This document shows, piece after piece, positions 39,261 to 53,929 of a stretch of DNA of 64,000 nt. The notes under the pieces were generated by a model. That model saw only the letters and a list, made by a program, of their open reading frames with translations. It was not told where the DNA came from and ran no database searches. The position numbers were made by a program, and so were the translations under genes. Within the stretch, counting starts at the first letter, position 1, and each line of letters starts with the position of its first letter. The stretch comes from Octopus vulgaris (lineage: Eukaryota), in the NCBI GenBank assembly GCA_951406725.2, contig OX597816.1:172980001-173044000 (forward strand). The letters run 5' to 3'.

Positions 39261-41834
39261 TCGTCTTTCGAGAGATTGACATCGGCACTTTATGGGATTT
39301 CCATCGGGAGGCAGGCCTGGGGGTAACGCTTCTCTGTCTATTGAAATCAATCAAATTGTTTTACAATTGACAAAATTCAGAAATCAAACCGGCATCACAA
39401 ACTTAACTTGCCAATAACTTATCACTGTTCCATTACAAATACACTTTCGATCTTAAAAAGACAAAAAAGAAAAGAGTCTGTATTTGTATATATGGGTCAA
39501 TGTATGTTTGTATTTGTGTGTATCGATATGAAGCAGACCATGTGATGTAACCTCCAATGTCACACTATAACTGGTACCTAAACAGTATATGAATTGGAAG
39601 AAGCTTGATTTTTAAAGATACCATTTTTAAAGAAAATATGACGCCCATGAAATATTCTTAGTGTCAGTCTACTGTCCAAGACATGTAAATTACTGTTTCA
39701 ATTCTCGAGTGAGGATGATAGATTTAATCTATTCCCCAGTCACCTTCTGGTCTGTGAGTGTTGCAAGCATTCGAACCACAACTCAGTTCTAAGGATTGCT
39801 TGATACTTTGATGCAATGCTGCCTGCTGTTACAATCACCGAGTCATGGTGTTTTCATTTCTTTCTCTTTAGCCACAGACATTCTAGAAAAAGCTATGGAA
39901 GTGGCCATTGCTCAGTTTAAGCGATAAAAACGTGTGCCTGTGGACCCAGCTACCAAAATATACCTTAACGAGAGTTAAATTCATTCTGTTAGAGAAAGAT
40001 ACCGTGTTATGTTATTTATTAAATATGAAACTATTTAATGTTTGGGGATTCAATGGATCTCGTCGTATAACTATATCGACTACATAATGGACAGTTATTT
40101 GTCTTGACCATAACAGATCGCGCCACAGCTGAGACGAGCCGCAGGTCATTCGGTTTTTTGTTCGACTTATTTTACTGGTTTACACGGGAAAAATAACAAA
40201 TTATTCTTATTTTCCAACTTAGAATATACACAAGACTACACAGTGCGAATTATTCAGTTGGTCATTCTATCACGTCAACCACTGCTCTATTGAGAGCTTA
40301 CTGTTTCACCATCGTTTCATCATCCTGCTAAACTCACTTCAAAGCATTTAATGAGCAAAACTATTATTAACTTGCGTTTCTCAACGGTTCGTGCTTATAA
40401 ATATGGGATACACATTATTAAAACCATAACTTATGACATAGAATGTTTAATAGAAAAAGGAACACATAATTCATTCCTAATTTTGATACCCGACTTCAGT
40501 TTTTTTAAATGTTTCCTTCAGTATTTTCATTTTGCTTTATGCATTTTAAAACCACTTTGAATGTTTGGTAAGGAAAATATGTATGTACATACATTTAAGT
40601 ATACATGAATGTATACTGTGTATGTATGTATGTATGTATGTATGTATGTATGTATGTATGTATGTATGTATGTATGTATGTATGTATGTATGTATGTGTG
40701 TATGACTGTGTACGTGTGAGTGCATGTATATATGTACGTATATTTATTCACTTTCTTACGCGTTAAATATATGAAGAAACGATACTTCACCGTCCATGCT
40801 GGACTGGATGTCAATTCATTCCACGCAAGTTACACGCGAAAATTGTTGAATTCACATTAAACCAACAAAATTCTCACTAACTGTTACAGTATTGAAGTCG
40901 TTATTTTTGCTACTCGTTTATTCTTAGATCGACCTACGAGAAAACCTATGATCAAAGGTCTTCCAGTTGTAATTATTCCATCTTCTTGTAGTTCAGACGG
41001 CATCATCTGTCCGCTATTCTATGAATTTAATCACCCATAGCATCAACTGCAAGTAGGTAGGTAACATAAGAAGGCTCTATCTCTCTTCCACTCAGACTTG
41101 ACTAATATTCGAGCCTTCTTAGCCAGTGAAATTTTCATGGATTTTAATAAATTCATGAAATTGCTATCAAAATGTTAATATCAGTACAGTGCTGGATTAA
41201 TTTTCGAACCTCTATCCTCTCAATCCGATATCCTATCGATCGGGTTAGCCGGAATATCTTAAAATTTAAGAGATACTATAAATAATAGTACATACCTCAT
41301 ACTGCACTTCGTCAATTTGCTGTCATAGGGTGGACATATGGCACACCCTTCAAAACTGCTGGGTAATATATGCACTAGTGCATGACAAATAGTTGTTGCA
41401 TGTACAGCGGAGCGAGTGAGAAAACGAACTGTGTATAAATATACGAACTGGTTTTTATGTGCATGTGCGTATGTAAGTAAAACGATCAGTATTTATGCAT
41501 GTACGCGCAGCATTTTCAAAGTTTGTGTGCAAGGAGTGAAGTACGCAATGGTCGCGGATGTTTGCAGAGGAGTCATTGATCTCGCACCGAGCATGCTAAC
41601 TAAAAGTACTGCATACACAAATGCACATATCATTCATATGCATATGGACAAAAGAGCCACAGCAGTCCGTACGTAGAACAATGCACGGAAAGGATGTTTG
41701 ATGCCAGTTAGACGCGTTCGTTGAGCAACTGCAGAATGTCATGGATGTTACTGTTTACTTGAATACCATAATAAAAACACACGTGTGTGCGCTTGTGTGC
41801 GTGTGAGTTGGTAGTGTGTGTGGGCGAATGTGCA

Positions 41835-42160
41835 CACACACACACATACATACATACATGCGTACATACATACACACATTCAAACATGCGTACATACATA
41901 CATACATACATACATACATACATACATACATACATACATACATACATACATACATGCATACATACATACATACATACATACATACATGCATACATACATA
42001 CATACATGCGTACATACATACATATATACATACATGCATACATACATGCATACATACAAACATACATGCATACATACACACATACATACATGCGAACATA
42101 CATTCATACATACATGCATGCGTACATACATACATAAATACATACATACATACATACATA
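41835..42160. repeat. (TACA)n microsatellite
   Basis: Direct observation. Confidence 0.95.
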
Positions 42161-42188
42161 TATATATGTATGTATTTATATATATATG

Positions 42189-42230
<42 letters not shown>

Positions 42231-42252
42231 ATGTATATATATATATATATAT

Positions 42253-42355
<103 letters not shown>

Positions 42356-42509
42356 AGTGCGCGCGCTCAAACACACATGGCTATTCTCTGAGATGTTTAC
42401 AGCAATGTTCACATCTGTGATATTTTGCAATTGTTTAATATGTATATAATCTATGCGGGTGTGTAAGTGTGGGTATACATATGTATGTACGATTATATGT
42501 ATGTACATT

Positions 42510-42574
<65 letters not shown>

Positions 42575-42706
42575 GTATATATATAAACATATATGTGTGT
42601 GTGTTTATATGTATATGTGTGTGTGTGTGTATTTATATATGTACATGTATATACATATATGTATATTTATATATACATATATATATATATATACATGTAC
42701 AAACTA

Positions 42707-43140
42707 CAAAAATCAAACTCAACCCCAAAGTGTTCTTTTCATTTGCGAGGAAACGCAGGGTCATATATCCATATATATATATATACGATATTACTGTGAA
42801 ATCTCCAGATAGATGCCAAATCTTGGCCGAGATACTGCAGAAACAATACTGCTCTGTTTTCAGCAAAAATCCTGATATGGCCGATCTGGGCTGTACAACC
42901 ATATGTGATGTCAACCCCAACACACTATATCGGACATAACGTTTAGTGCCCCTGATGTCTTAGCGGCGATAAACGAACATAAAACACAATTCAGTAGTAG
43001 GCCCCGATAGGTTCCCTGCTTGTGTCCTGAAGGTAGTTTCGACACCAACTTGCATCTCCCCTTGCTAATCTGTGGAGAAACTCACTGGATGCTGGCTATA
43101 TTCCAAAAACCTTCTGTCCCAGTCTGTTGTCCCAGTCAAA
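42707..43140 (+). mobile_element. CR1/Jockey-group LINE ORF2 internal fragment
   Basis: [38 protein letters not shown] and LASPLANLWRNSLDAGYIP across frameshifts. Confidence 0.75.
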
Positions 43141-43149
43141 AGGAAACAA

Positions 43150-43523
43150 AGAACATCTACACACCCTCACCCACATGATTGACCGATGCCTGACCCGTTA
43201 AATTCTTCAGCCACCGGTTCTCAACATACACTGATAAACAGTTTCGCCATGGGCTCTTTACATTAATGACATTAATGACATCATCAAGCAGCATAAACAT
43301 TTTGCAGGAGCCTAGTTCGATTTGTTTTTACTCCTTCCAGCTCCGCCTCTGTTCTGTTTTTGTTTTTTTCCAACGGATTTCCTATTTTCTTCCTGAAGAG
43401 AAAGACACAATATGGTCCCATTATTCAATCGGATTTTGGTAAATTGTGCCTTTCGAAACACGTGTAGAATGAAATAAAACGATTTCTGTTCAATCTGCGT
43501 TCAGCTCCATTTCTTCAATTCAC

Positions 43524-43530
<7 letters not shown>
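43150..43530 (+). mobile_element. pLTR-like element (same family as 57614-58185) ending in (TA)n
   Basis: 43300-43530 is near-identical to 57823-58035. Confidence 0.85.
43386..43474 (+). ncRNA. Type I hammerhead ribozyme with extended stem II
   Basis: TTTCTTC-CTGAAGA-GAAAG a CACAAT (loop of about 31 nt) ATTGTG c CTTTC-GAAA-CACGTG-TA-GAATGAAA. Confidence 0.82.
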
Positions 43531-43566
<36 letters not shown>

Positions 43567-43578
43567 CACACACACACA

Positions 43579-43621
<43 letters not shown>

Positions 43622-43723
43622 TACACACACATATACTTTTGTGTCCAGGGAGAGTCATTCACTTTTAGTGCGTTATAATTTAACACACTCACCGGTTAAG
43701 TTTCGACTCACTTATTTATTTTT

Positions 43724-43760
43724 CTAAAATTTTCGTTGCGTCATGCAACCTTTTCAATAA
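43724..43760 (-). ncRNA. Minimal hammerhead, U3:A8 core variant
   Basis: TTA-TTGAAAA-G GTTGC atgac GCAAC-GAAA-AT-TT-TAG. Palindromic AATT stem III. Confidence 0.6.
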
Positions 43761-43776
43761 CGGACAGAGTCAACAG

Positions 43777-43813
43777 CTATTGAAAAGGTTGCAAGATGCA
43801 AAGAAAATTTTAG
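43777..43813 (+). ncRNA. Minimal hammerhead, U3:A8 core variant (second arm)
   Basis: CTA-TTGAAAA-GG TTGCA aga TGCAA A-GAAA-AT-TT-TAG. Confidence 0.55.
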
Positions 43814-43958
43814 AAAAAAATGAATGAGTGGAAACTTAACCGGTGAGTGTGTTAAATTATAACGCACTAAAAGTGAATGACTCTCCCATGACACAAAAGA
43901 ATATACTTCAACACACTAACTTGCATAAAGAATCTTGGAAACCAAATCCGAAAGCGTA

Positions 43959-43999
<41 letters not shown>

Positions 44000-44002
44000 C
44001 AT

Positions 44003-44084
<82 letters not shown>

Positions 44085-44086
<2 letters not shown>

Positions 44087-45510
44087 TGTGATGACCATGA
44101 CCAACCAGGCTATCAAATGTTGCTTTGGAGCGGTTCAACTTCTCCAGGCGCCACCGTCGTCTCAACATCTCCCCAGCCGAACTCTCGGCTCTTCGTTCCC
44201 TCCGACGGCGCACTGACATCGTTATTAAAGCGACCGACAAGGTTGGAGCTGTGGTGGTATGGCGCGCTGACCTCTACAAGGCCGAAGCTCTCCGCCAACT
44301 CCTTGACACCTCCTTCTACTACCCTCTGTCCTCTGACCCCACACCCAGCTACCAACAGACGGTCTCCTCTACCATCCACGACCTCATCTCGTCCTCCCGT
44401 CTCCCCCACACCGCATCCAACCTCATTGTCGGAACCCCCCGCACCCCCACCATTTACTTCCTCCCCCAAATCCACAAACCCAACAACCCTGGCTGCCCCA
44501 TCGTCTCCGCCTGTAACTGCCCCACCGAGATTATCTCCAAATATCTCGACCGTGTCCTTGCCCTCCTTGTGGCTTCTCTTCCTTCTCACATCCATGACAC
44601 CAACCATGCTCATCGTCTTTTCAACTCTTTCTCTTTCCCTCCTGGCTCCTCCAAACTTCTCTTTACAATGCACATCCAGAGCCTCTACACTGTGATCCCT
44701 CACCACGAGGGGCTACGTGCACTTAAACACTTCCTGGACCTCCGATTCAATCCCCAACCCGACACCTCCACACTCGTTCGTCTGGCCGAACTTGTCCTCT
44801 CACTCAACTGCTTCTCGTTCGCGGGCGAGTTCTACCAGCAGTTCTCGGGTGTGGCTATGGGAACGAGAATGGGCCCTAACTATGCGAACCTGTTCGTTGG
44901 CTATGTTGAGGCCCAAATATTCTCTAGTTTCACTGGTCCCACTCCCGAACTATATGGCCGTTATATTGACGACTGCATCGGTGCCACCTTATTTTCACGC
45001 AAACATCTAGACTCCTTCCTCTCTTTCGGCAAATTTTTCCATCCTGCCCACAACTTCTCCTGCACTATCTCTGACACCTCTGTCTCCTTTCGGTCAGCAT
45101 GCATCACTCCACTCTTACCACCTCCATCCACTACAAACACACAGACTCACACTCATACCTAAACTTCTCCTTCTCCCACCCCAAACACACCAAGCTTTCC
45201 ATCCCCTATTCCCAATTCCTTCGTCTACGCAGGCTCTGTAGTGATGGCCATGACTTTGAGACTCAGTCTCAACTCATGGCTCGCCACTTCATCCTACGTA
45301 GATTTCCCCTCACCACTATCCACACCGCCCTTGCCAGAGCAAGTTCCGTGGACCGTGCATCTGCTCTCTCCCCTCGAACCCGTCCTGCAGTCTCCCGCCT
45401 CTCTTTTCCCCTCACCTACCACCCCACCACCCTACCTCTCCAACGCACCATTCTCCGAGCTTTCCGGCATCTCCAATCCGACCCGTCCACTTCACCCATC
45501 TTCCCTAAAT
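44085..45510 (+). mobile_element. Penelope-like element (Neptune-type) RT region, C-rich, one apparent frameshift
   Basis: IVIKATDKVGAVVVW, YFLPQIHK..PIVS, SLYTVIPH, GVAMGTRMGPNYANLF, RYIDDCIG, TDSHSYL..SHP..SIPYSQFLRLRRLCS (ORFs 44125..45162 and 45099..45518). Confidence 0.92.
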
Positions 45511-46135
45511 TGGTGTGAGTGCGACTTACATATAACTGAAGATGGAATTTATATGAACAAATATGTCGTTCTTAGTTTTCCTTATATTCAAAATTATATC
45601 AACCACTCTTTAGCTTCTAATTCTTCCCTCGAAGAAAATATGGTGGGTGATGTAGTGGGTTGATAGACGATGTATCCTGCCTTTCAAATTTTAATATGTG
45701 TTCACAACGAGAAGAGTAAATAGGATAAACTTTGATTTGTGCAGTAAAGATCAAATAGGTAATGATGTTTCGTCGTCTCAGAAATAACGATAGATAAATA
45801 GTGAGATGGTTTTAGGAGTGAAGGCTAGGTTGCCCCACTAAAAAATGAAAATTTGCTCTCACTAGAAGCAAAGGTCTTGAAATCTATGCCCACGTATCTC
45901 TGGACATCCAGCATTCTTGGGCTTTTGATACTCAGAAATTCCTCCCCTGTCCTCAATAATCATTATTTCTATTAAGTTTGATCAACTAAACCCCCTTCCC
46001 TTGATGTGCACATTACCAAATTACAGGCAAAGGGTATCCTAATCTTCCTTTTTATCATAACTCTCTCACTCAAAAGGTGTTTTGCTTAAATTCAAATTCC
46101 AACTTCAGCTGCCAAATTCTTAAGCTTTTACTTCT

Positions 46136-46215
46136 TAAGCGACCGGCTGGAGAGAGGCATACATGTGTGTTTGTGCACAAACACACATGTATGCCTCTCT
46201 CCAGCCGGTCGCTTA
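46136..46215. mobile_element. Perfect 80-bp palindrome; probable TA-flanked MITE
   Basis: Arm TAAGCGACCGGCTGGAGAGAGGCATACATGTGTGTTTGTG followed directly by its exact reverse complement. Confidence 0.7.
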
Positions 46216-46726
46216 TGTCACCAAAATAGGCGTACTTGTCGCGACAGAAAGCTGTGAGGTAAAATCTATACATGCCTTTCTTATAGTGCTTCGGAGATTC
46301 ATTCTTTCAGTTTAATTCTTCACATTAGACTTATATTGTTGCTCCGAGTAATTTATAATTCTTTTCAATTATTGGTAGGGCTCTTTCATTGAGTCACTCT
46401 TTGGTTGAGTTCAAATAGAAACTTTGAATTATTCACTACGTCGGTAAACAGAATTACCCAGCTGGATATAAACTTTGCTTTTCTGATACAGCTACCCATC
46501 GGGTCATTCTAGCATATAACTCTAGACTAGAGTGACTGACCTCCTGCTCTATTTATTGTGATGTATTTGTGCCTATATTATTCTTTGATCTGGCCTATAA
46601 CTTAGAATACTCAATAATTAGCAGTGTTAGTTTTATTATGTGAATTATCCTGTCTGGATATCGTTTGAGAAGGATAATGTTGGCATTCTGAATCTTCGCA
46701 GTCATTCACTGTTTCAATGTAATTAC

Positions 46727-47141
46727 TACTCTTTTACTTGTTTCAGTCATTTTGACTGTGGCCATGCTGGAGCACCGCCTTTAGTCGAGCAAATCGACCC
46801 CGGGACTTATTCTTTGTAAGCTCAGTGCTTATTCTATCGGTCTCTTTTGCCGAACCGCTAAGTGACGGGGACGTAAACACACCAGCATCGGTTGTCAAGA
46901 AATGCTAGGGGGACAAACACAGACACACAAACACAAACATACACACACACACATATACATATATATATATACATATATACGACAGGCTTCTTTCAGTTTC
47001 GGTCTACCAAATCCACTCACAAGGCATTGGTCGGCCCGGGGCTATAGCAGAAGACACTTGCCCAAGATGCCACGCAGTGGGACTGAACCCGGAACCATGT
47101 GGTTGGTTAGCAAGCTACTTACCACACAGCCACTCCTGCGC
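46727..47141 (-). mobile_element. SINE family A
   Basis: Full-length reverse complement copy. Confidence 0.93.
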
Positions 47142-47714
47142 ATTTTTTTATATGCATTTTTTTTTGTAATCCAGATACAAATAAGCGTAATAAGTTAAAA
47201 CAACACACATTACGCATAAATTGTATTACATTAATCAAATGTACATGAATTATCAAATAGATGAACACATTATCAAAATAGCTCGAAGTCATAAATTAAC
47301 ACAATAATATACCACAAAAATACTAAAATTAAAACCCCTCTTGTCAATAACGGACAACAAGTATATAAACCGCGAACAAATTGATAATGACATATTAGAT
47401 TGCAAACGAAAGTTACAAACCTTACGACTCCAACTGTTATATTGGCTCTCTTGCCACCTCAGACGTAATTACAATGCACTACATCACGTAATACAAAACA
47501 AAACCACACATGAAAATACATCTATATTTTGTGGAATAATACCCAGGAATTTAGACATAAGCTTTATTCTATCAACATTCTCAGGACAGGTAAAGATTGT
47601 CAGTATCTTTATAAAGGAATTTCTCAGAAATATAGGGAATTCGTGTGATCGTGTTTATTTTAGATATTAATAAAGTCGGGCAAAGACGGCTACTAATTCT
47701 ACTAGTATACAGTC

Positions 47715-49575
47715 ATACATATGTATGTACATACAAACAGACAGACATAAATACACACACATACACACTACGTACATACATGCATACATACATACATACA
47801 TGCATGCATGCATACATACATACATGCATGCATGCATGCATGCATACATACATACATACATACATACATACATACACACATACATACATACATACATGCA
47901 TGCATGCATACATGCATACATGCATACATACATACATACATACATACATACATACATACAAACATACATATATGCATACATACATACATACATACATACA
48001 TACATACATACATACATACATACATACATACATACATACATACATACATACATACATACATACATACATTACACACATACATACATACATACATACATAC
48101 ATACATACATACATACATACATACATACATACATACATACATACATACATACATACATACATACATACATACATACATACATACATACATACATACATAC
48201 ATACAAACATACATACATACATACATACATACATACATACATACATACATACATACATACATACATACATACATACATACATACATACATACATACATAC
48301 AAACATACATACATGCATACATACATACATACATACATACATACATACATACATACATACATACATACATACATACATACATACATACATACATACATAC
48401 ATACATACATACATACATACATACAAACATACATACATACATACATACATACATACATACATACATACATACATACATACATACATACATACATACATAC
48501 ATACATACAAACATACATACATACATACATACATACATACATACATACATGCATACATACATACATACATACATACATACATACATACATACATACATAC
48601 ATACATACATACATACATACATACATACATACATACATACATACATACATAAACATACATACATACATACATACATACATACATACATGCATGCATACAT
48701 ACATACATACATACAAACATACATGCATGCATACATACATACATACATACATACATACATACATACATACATACATACATACATACATACATACATACAT
48801 ACATACATACATACATACATACATACATACATACATACATACATACATACATACATACATACAAACATACATACATGCATACATACATACATACATACAT
48901 ACATACATACATACATACAAACATACATACATACATACATACATACATACATACAAACATACATACATACATACATACATACATACATACATACATACAT
49001 ACATACATACATACATACATACATACAAACATACATACATACATACATACATACATACATACATACATACAAACATACATACATGCATACATACATACAT
49101 ACATACATACATACATACATACATACAAACATACATACATGCATGCATACATACATACATACATACATGCATACATACATACATACATACATACATACAT
49201 ACATACATACATGCATACATACATACATACAAACATACATACATGCATGCATACATACATACATACATACATACATACATACATACAAACATACATACAT
49301 ACATACATACATACATACATACATACATACATACATACATACATACATACATACAAACATACATACATACATACATACATACATACATACATACATACAT
49401 ACATACATACATACATACAAACATACATACATGCATGCATACATACATACATACACACATACATACATACATACATACATACATACATACATACATGCAT
49501 GCATGCATACATGCATACATGCATACATACATACATACATACATACATACATACATACATACATACATACATACA
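47715..49575. repeat. (TACA)n microsatellite, about 1.86 kb
   Basis: Direct observation, with AACA/TGCA variants. Confidence 0.98.
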
Positions 49576-49786
49576 TGAAAATATAATGTCAGGAGGTATG
49601 AAAGGTGAATATATATTTATTTAACCACGTGAGTTGAATTGTTGATGTAACCATGGTGTTCCGGTGATCCGATAATCTAACTTTATCTGCATTCATTTGT
49701 GAGTATATAATTGTATTGTATAATGCTGAGCATATTTATCAATGCAAAAATGTACGCACATTTTTTCCATACTGAAGTTAATACTA

Positions 49787-50205
49787 TACTCTTACTCTTT
49801 TACTCTCTCTTTTACTTGTTTCAGTCATTTGACTGCGGCCATGCTGGAGCACCGCCTTTAGTCGAGCAAATCGACCCCAGGACTTATTCTTTGTAAACCC
49901 AGTACTTATTCTATCGGTCTCTTTTGCCGAACCGCTAAGTGACGGGGACGTAAACACACCAGCATCGGTTGTCAAGCAATGCTAGGGGGACAAACACAGA
50001 CACACAAACACATATACACACATATATATATATACATATATACGACAGGCTTCTTTCAGTTTCCGTCTACCAAATCCACTCACAAGGCATTGGTCGGTCC
50101 GAGGCTATAGTAGAAGACACTTTCCCAAGATGCCACACAGTGGGACTGAACCCGGAACCATGTGGTTGGTTAGCAAGCTACTTACCACACAGCCACTCCT
50201 GCGCC
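49787..50205 (-). mobile_element. SINE family A
   Basis: Full-length reverse complement copy. Confidence 0.93.
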
Positions 50206-50536
50206 TATATGAGTAAGGTTGCGAAACGGCCTAATCCTATGGAAGTAACATGATTAAATAAATATATATTCACTTCTCAAACATCCAGTCTTTGTGGTTT
50301 TAAATACTCCTCCTGAAATAATTTCATCGATCCGACCTTCTGGATTTTCAGTTATATGGACACTCTATATTAAACAACTTTTTAATTGATTTCTATGTGG
50401 ACTGATAGCCGAGTCCGTAACAGGAGCTTTCTGTGATTTTCTAAATCCATATCTTATAAAACACATTTGTATGCATACTGATGTGAGTGTATGTGCGTAA
50501 GTCTGCGTGCGCGCGCACACACACACACACACACGT

Positions 50537-50569
<33 letters not shown>

Positions 50570-51139
50570 TACACACAAACACACACGTACACGCACGCAC
50601 ACACACGTACACACACACACATATATATTTACATACATGCGCATATGTATATATGTATTTATACATTCATATATATATACACAAAATTATATAAGTGTGT
50701 GTTGTGTGTGAATATGTGTGACTGTATGTACGTGTGTAGTCATATATAAAAATAAATATAACATTTTGTATATCTGTATAATGTCTTAAATATAACAGTA
50801 CATAGTGAATGTACGTATATACATTCTTAAAACTGATGTAGCCAGAACGTATGTTGACTAACAGAGTTGTAGAAAAGGTTGGGACGCCATATAAAATAGC
50901 AAAAAAGTAAGATATAGAAGGTAAAGTCACTGTTTATAATCCATTACACTATATCCCTATATATCCTGGATGAACGCTCCCCATAACATGCTCAGTCAAC
51001 TTAATATAATCCCAAAGAATAGTTCAGGATCATCGCTTCTGGCGAAGTGAAAGAAACTACAGAGAGAGAGAAAACAGGCCATCAATGGCTGACATCACAA
51101 CGTTGATAACTACAGCACACATTAACATACCCGTGCATA

Positions 51140-51178
<39 letters not shown>

Positions 51179-51274
51179 GCATAAACAGAAACTCATGCAT
51201 ACGTGTGCGTGTATGTGTGTGTATACATATATACGTGTATATATTTATGTGTTTCTGTAACTTGTATGTGTGTG

Positions 51275-51342
<68 letters not shown>

Positions 51343-51399
51343 CATATATACATATATATAAATATGTATGCATGTATGTATGGTGATTAAAAATTCTTG

Positions 51400-51461
<62 letters not shown>

Positions 51462-51640
51462 TATATACATATATATATACATATATATATACATATATAT
51501 ATACATATATATATAAATATGTATGTATGTATGTATGTATATATGTATGGTGATTAAAAATTCTTGTACCACTGATTATAAACTGGCTAATAACGGAGGT
51601 CAGTCGAGGTTAATTGAGCTTCTTAATGTCATGTCTTTTC

Positions 51641-51706
<66 letters not shown>

Positions 51707-51879
51707 CCTCCTTCACACTTCATAATATACAACACCCAAACCCTCCATCTATCTCCGCACTGCTTTCCTTAATTCACTGCTTTTATTCCCCTATTGAATA
51801 GTACAGGTCAGGGATTCCAGAATTACCAATCTACTGCCCAACTCTTCATGATACGAGCTGTTTCTCGGCGAGCTAGCAA

Positions 51880-52110
51880 GGCGGCGAGCTAGCAGAAACG
51901 TTAGCGCGCCGGGCGAAATGCTTAGCGGTATTTTCGTCTGTCGTTACGTTCTGAGTTCAAATTCCGCCGAGGTCAACTTTGCCTTTCATCCTTTCTGGGC
52001 CGATAAATAAAGTACCAGTTTCGCACTGGGGTCGATATAATCGACTCAATCCCTTCGTCTGTCCTTGTTTGTTCTCTCTATGTTTAGCCCCTTCTGGGCA
52101 GTAAAGAAAT
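51880..52110 (+). mobile_element. SINE family B
   Basis: Full length, matches 36671-36900. Confidence 0.9.
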
Positions 52111-52145
52111 ATATATTGTGCCAGTTTTAAGACAAGGAATATATT

Positions 52146-52314
52146 GGTTTCAAATTTTGGCACGAGGGCAGCAGTTATAGAGAGGAGTAAGTCGATTACA
52201 TCGACCCCAGTACTCAACTGGTATTTATTTTATCGATCCCGCAAATATGAAATGCAAAATCGACCACGACAGAATTTGAACTCAGAATATAAAGATGGAC
52301 GAAATGCCGCTAAG
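52146..52314 (-). mobile_element. SINE family B, variant tail, diverged
   Basis: Matches 25760-25962. Confidence 0.75.
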
Positions 52315-52368
52315 TATCAAGTTGGTTGAAAGGTAATGGCCGATTTGAAGGTCTCCATTAAAAAGCTT

Positions 52369-52462
52369 GTGTTAACAACAAACAAGATGAAGACAAATAT
52401 CCGTCAAATGTAAATAATGTAAATAATGTACATAATTCCTCATCTCTTAAATATAGAACTGT
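52369..52462 (+). mobile_element. Solo 3' part of the 8860-8985 pLTR
   Basis: gtgttaacaacaaacaagatga...ctcttaaatatagaactgt corresponds to 8901-8985. Confidence 0.88.
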
Positions 52463-52567
52463 AATTTTTTAAAGTCTGGTAATTTAGCTAAACCGCTAAA
52501 TTACGAGGACGTAAACAAAATAACACAGGTTGTCAAGCGGTGGTGGAGAACAAACACAGATAATAAG

Positions 52568-52598
<31 letters not shown>

Positions 52599-52744
52599 TA
52601 AATATATACGACGAGCTTCCTTCAGTTTCTGTCTACCAAATACATATACATACTTACAAATACATACGCACACACACTTACATACATACATAGATACATA
52701 CATGCCACATATAAATATGTATATATATATATACACACATACAT

Positions 52745-52829
<85 letters not shown>

Positions 52830-53050
52830 CAGATTATCTTTGATAGACAGACAGATAGACAGACAGACAGACAGACCGATAGACCGATAGATAAATAGAT
52901 AGATAGATAGATAGATACATACATACATACATACATACATACATACATACATACATACATACATACATAGATACATAGATACATAGGTAGATAGATAGAT
53001 ATACTTGTGCCTTTTGGTTGTAAATTGTGAATAAGCCACCTTAATAATTC

Positions 53051-53096
<46 letters not shown>

Positions 53097-53527
53097 TTTG
53101 TAAGTATATATGTAGGTATCTGTGTAAGAATGCAATTATATATATTTATGAATGCGCATAATTATGTATGATGTATGTATGTATTTCTGCATGTATGTAG
53201 GTATGCATTGCAAAGGCACGAGCGAAGAATGTTAATTTTTATTGAAATATTCCAATATGTCTTCATATTCATGAATTATTGGCTTTCATGGACACAGCAC
53301 ATCTCCAACCTTGCGGCTCAACCGTCCTATTCACCGCTAAGATGAAGATGTACAAGAGTCAGTTTTCTTATTTCTTTCCCTCACCTTTTACTTTTCTTTC
53401 CTTTTCCGATACTTTGGCAAGGCATCGCATTTCTTTCATCACACTTTTTGTTTTTATGTATTCTCTTTTATATCTACTATCTATAAATGTGTATTTATAA
53501 GTTTGTTTCTGTATGTGTGTATGTGTG

Positions 53528-53624
<97 letters not shown>

Positions 53625-53929
53625 TCACATAAACGTTCATAAATGCGTGCATATTATATATATGAGTGTATGTAAGTATGTATATGCATATATATGTATG
53701 CACACGCACACACAAATAAACACTCACGCACACACACACTCACTCGTACGTATGCGGTCACACACGAGTTCACTCCTGAGCACAGGTGCATAATATGGTG
53801 CAGAAAATAACGCTCGAAGAATACGAAAGGTGGAATAAAATAAGGGTGATGATTAGTTAGAAAAACTCTGAGAAACAGTTTCTGAAATTTTTTTCCCTTT
53901 CAATATATGTATGTATGTATCATAGATAC

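Larger units (their letters stand above)
43636..43960. mobile_element. Fold-back element: arms of about 123 bp, spacer of about 18 nt, tail of about 60 bp, inside microsatellite
   Basis: 43636-43759 is the reverse complement of 43778-43899. Confidence 0.83.

Noticed and set aside
44117-44706. S/T/P-rich 192-aa ORF and antisense 197-aa ORF
   Set aside because: Alternative frames of the C-rich Penelope RT.
45530-45575. CTGAAGA...AAATATGTCGTT possible hammerhead after the Neptune RT
   Set aside because: No GAAA and no convincing stems I or II.
47645-49624. ORFs of 250-620 aa (HTYI/MYVC repeats); likewise at 1529-2539, 23210-23891 and 41708-42374
   Set aside because: Stop-free translations of (TACA)n in several frames on both strands; not genes.
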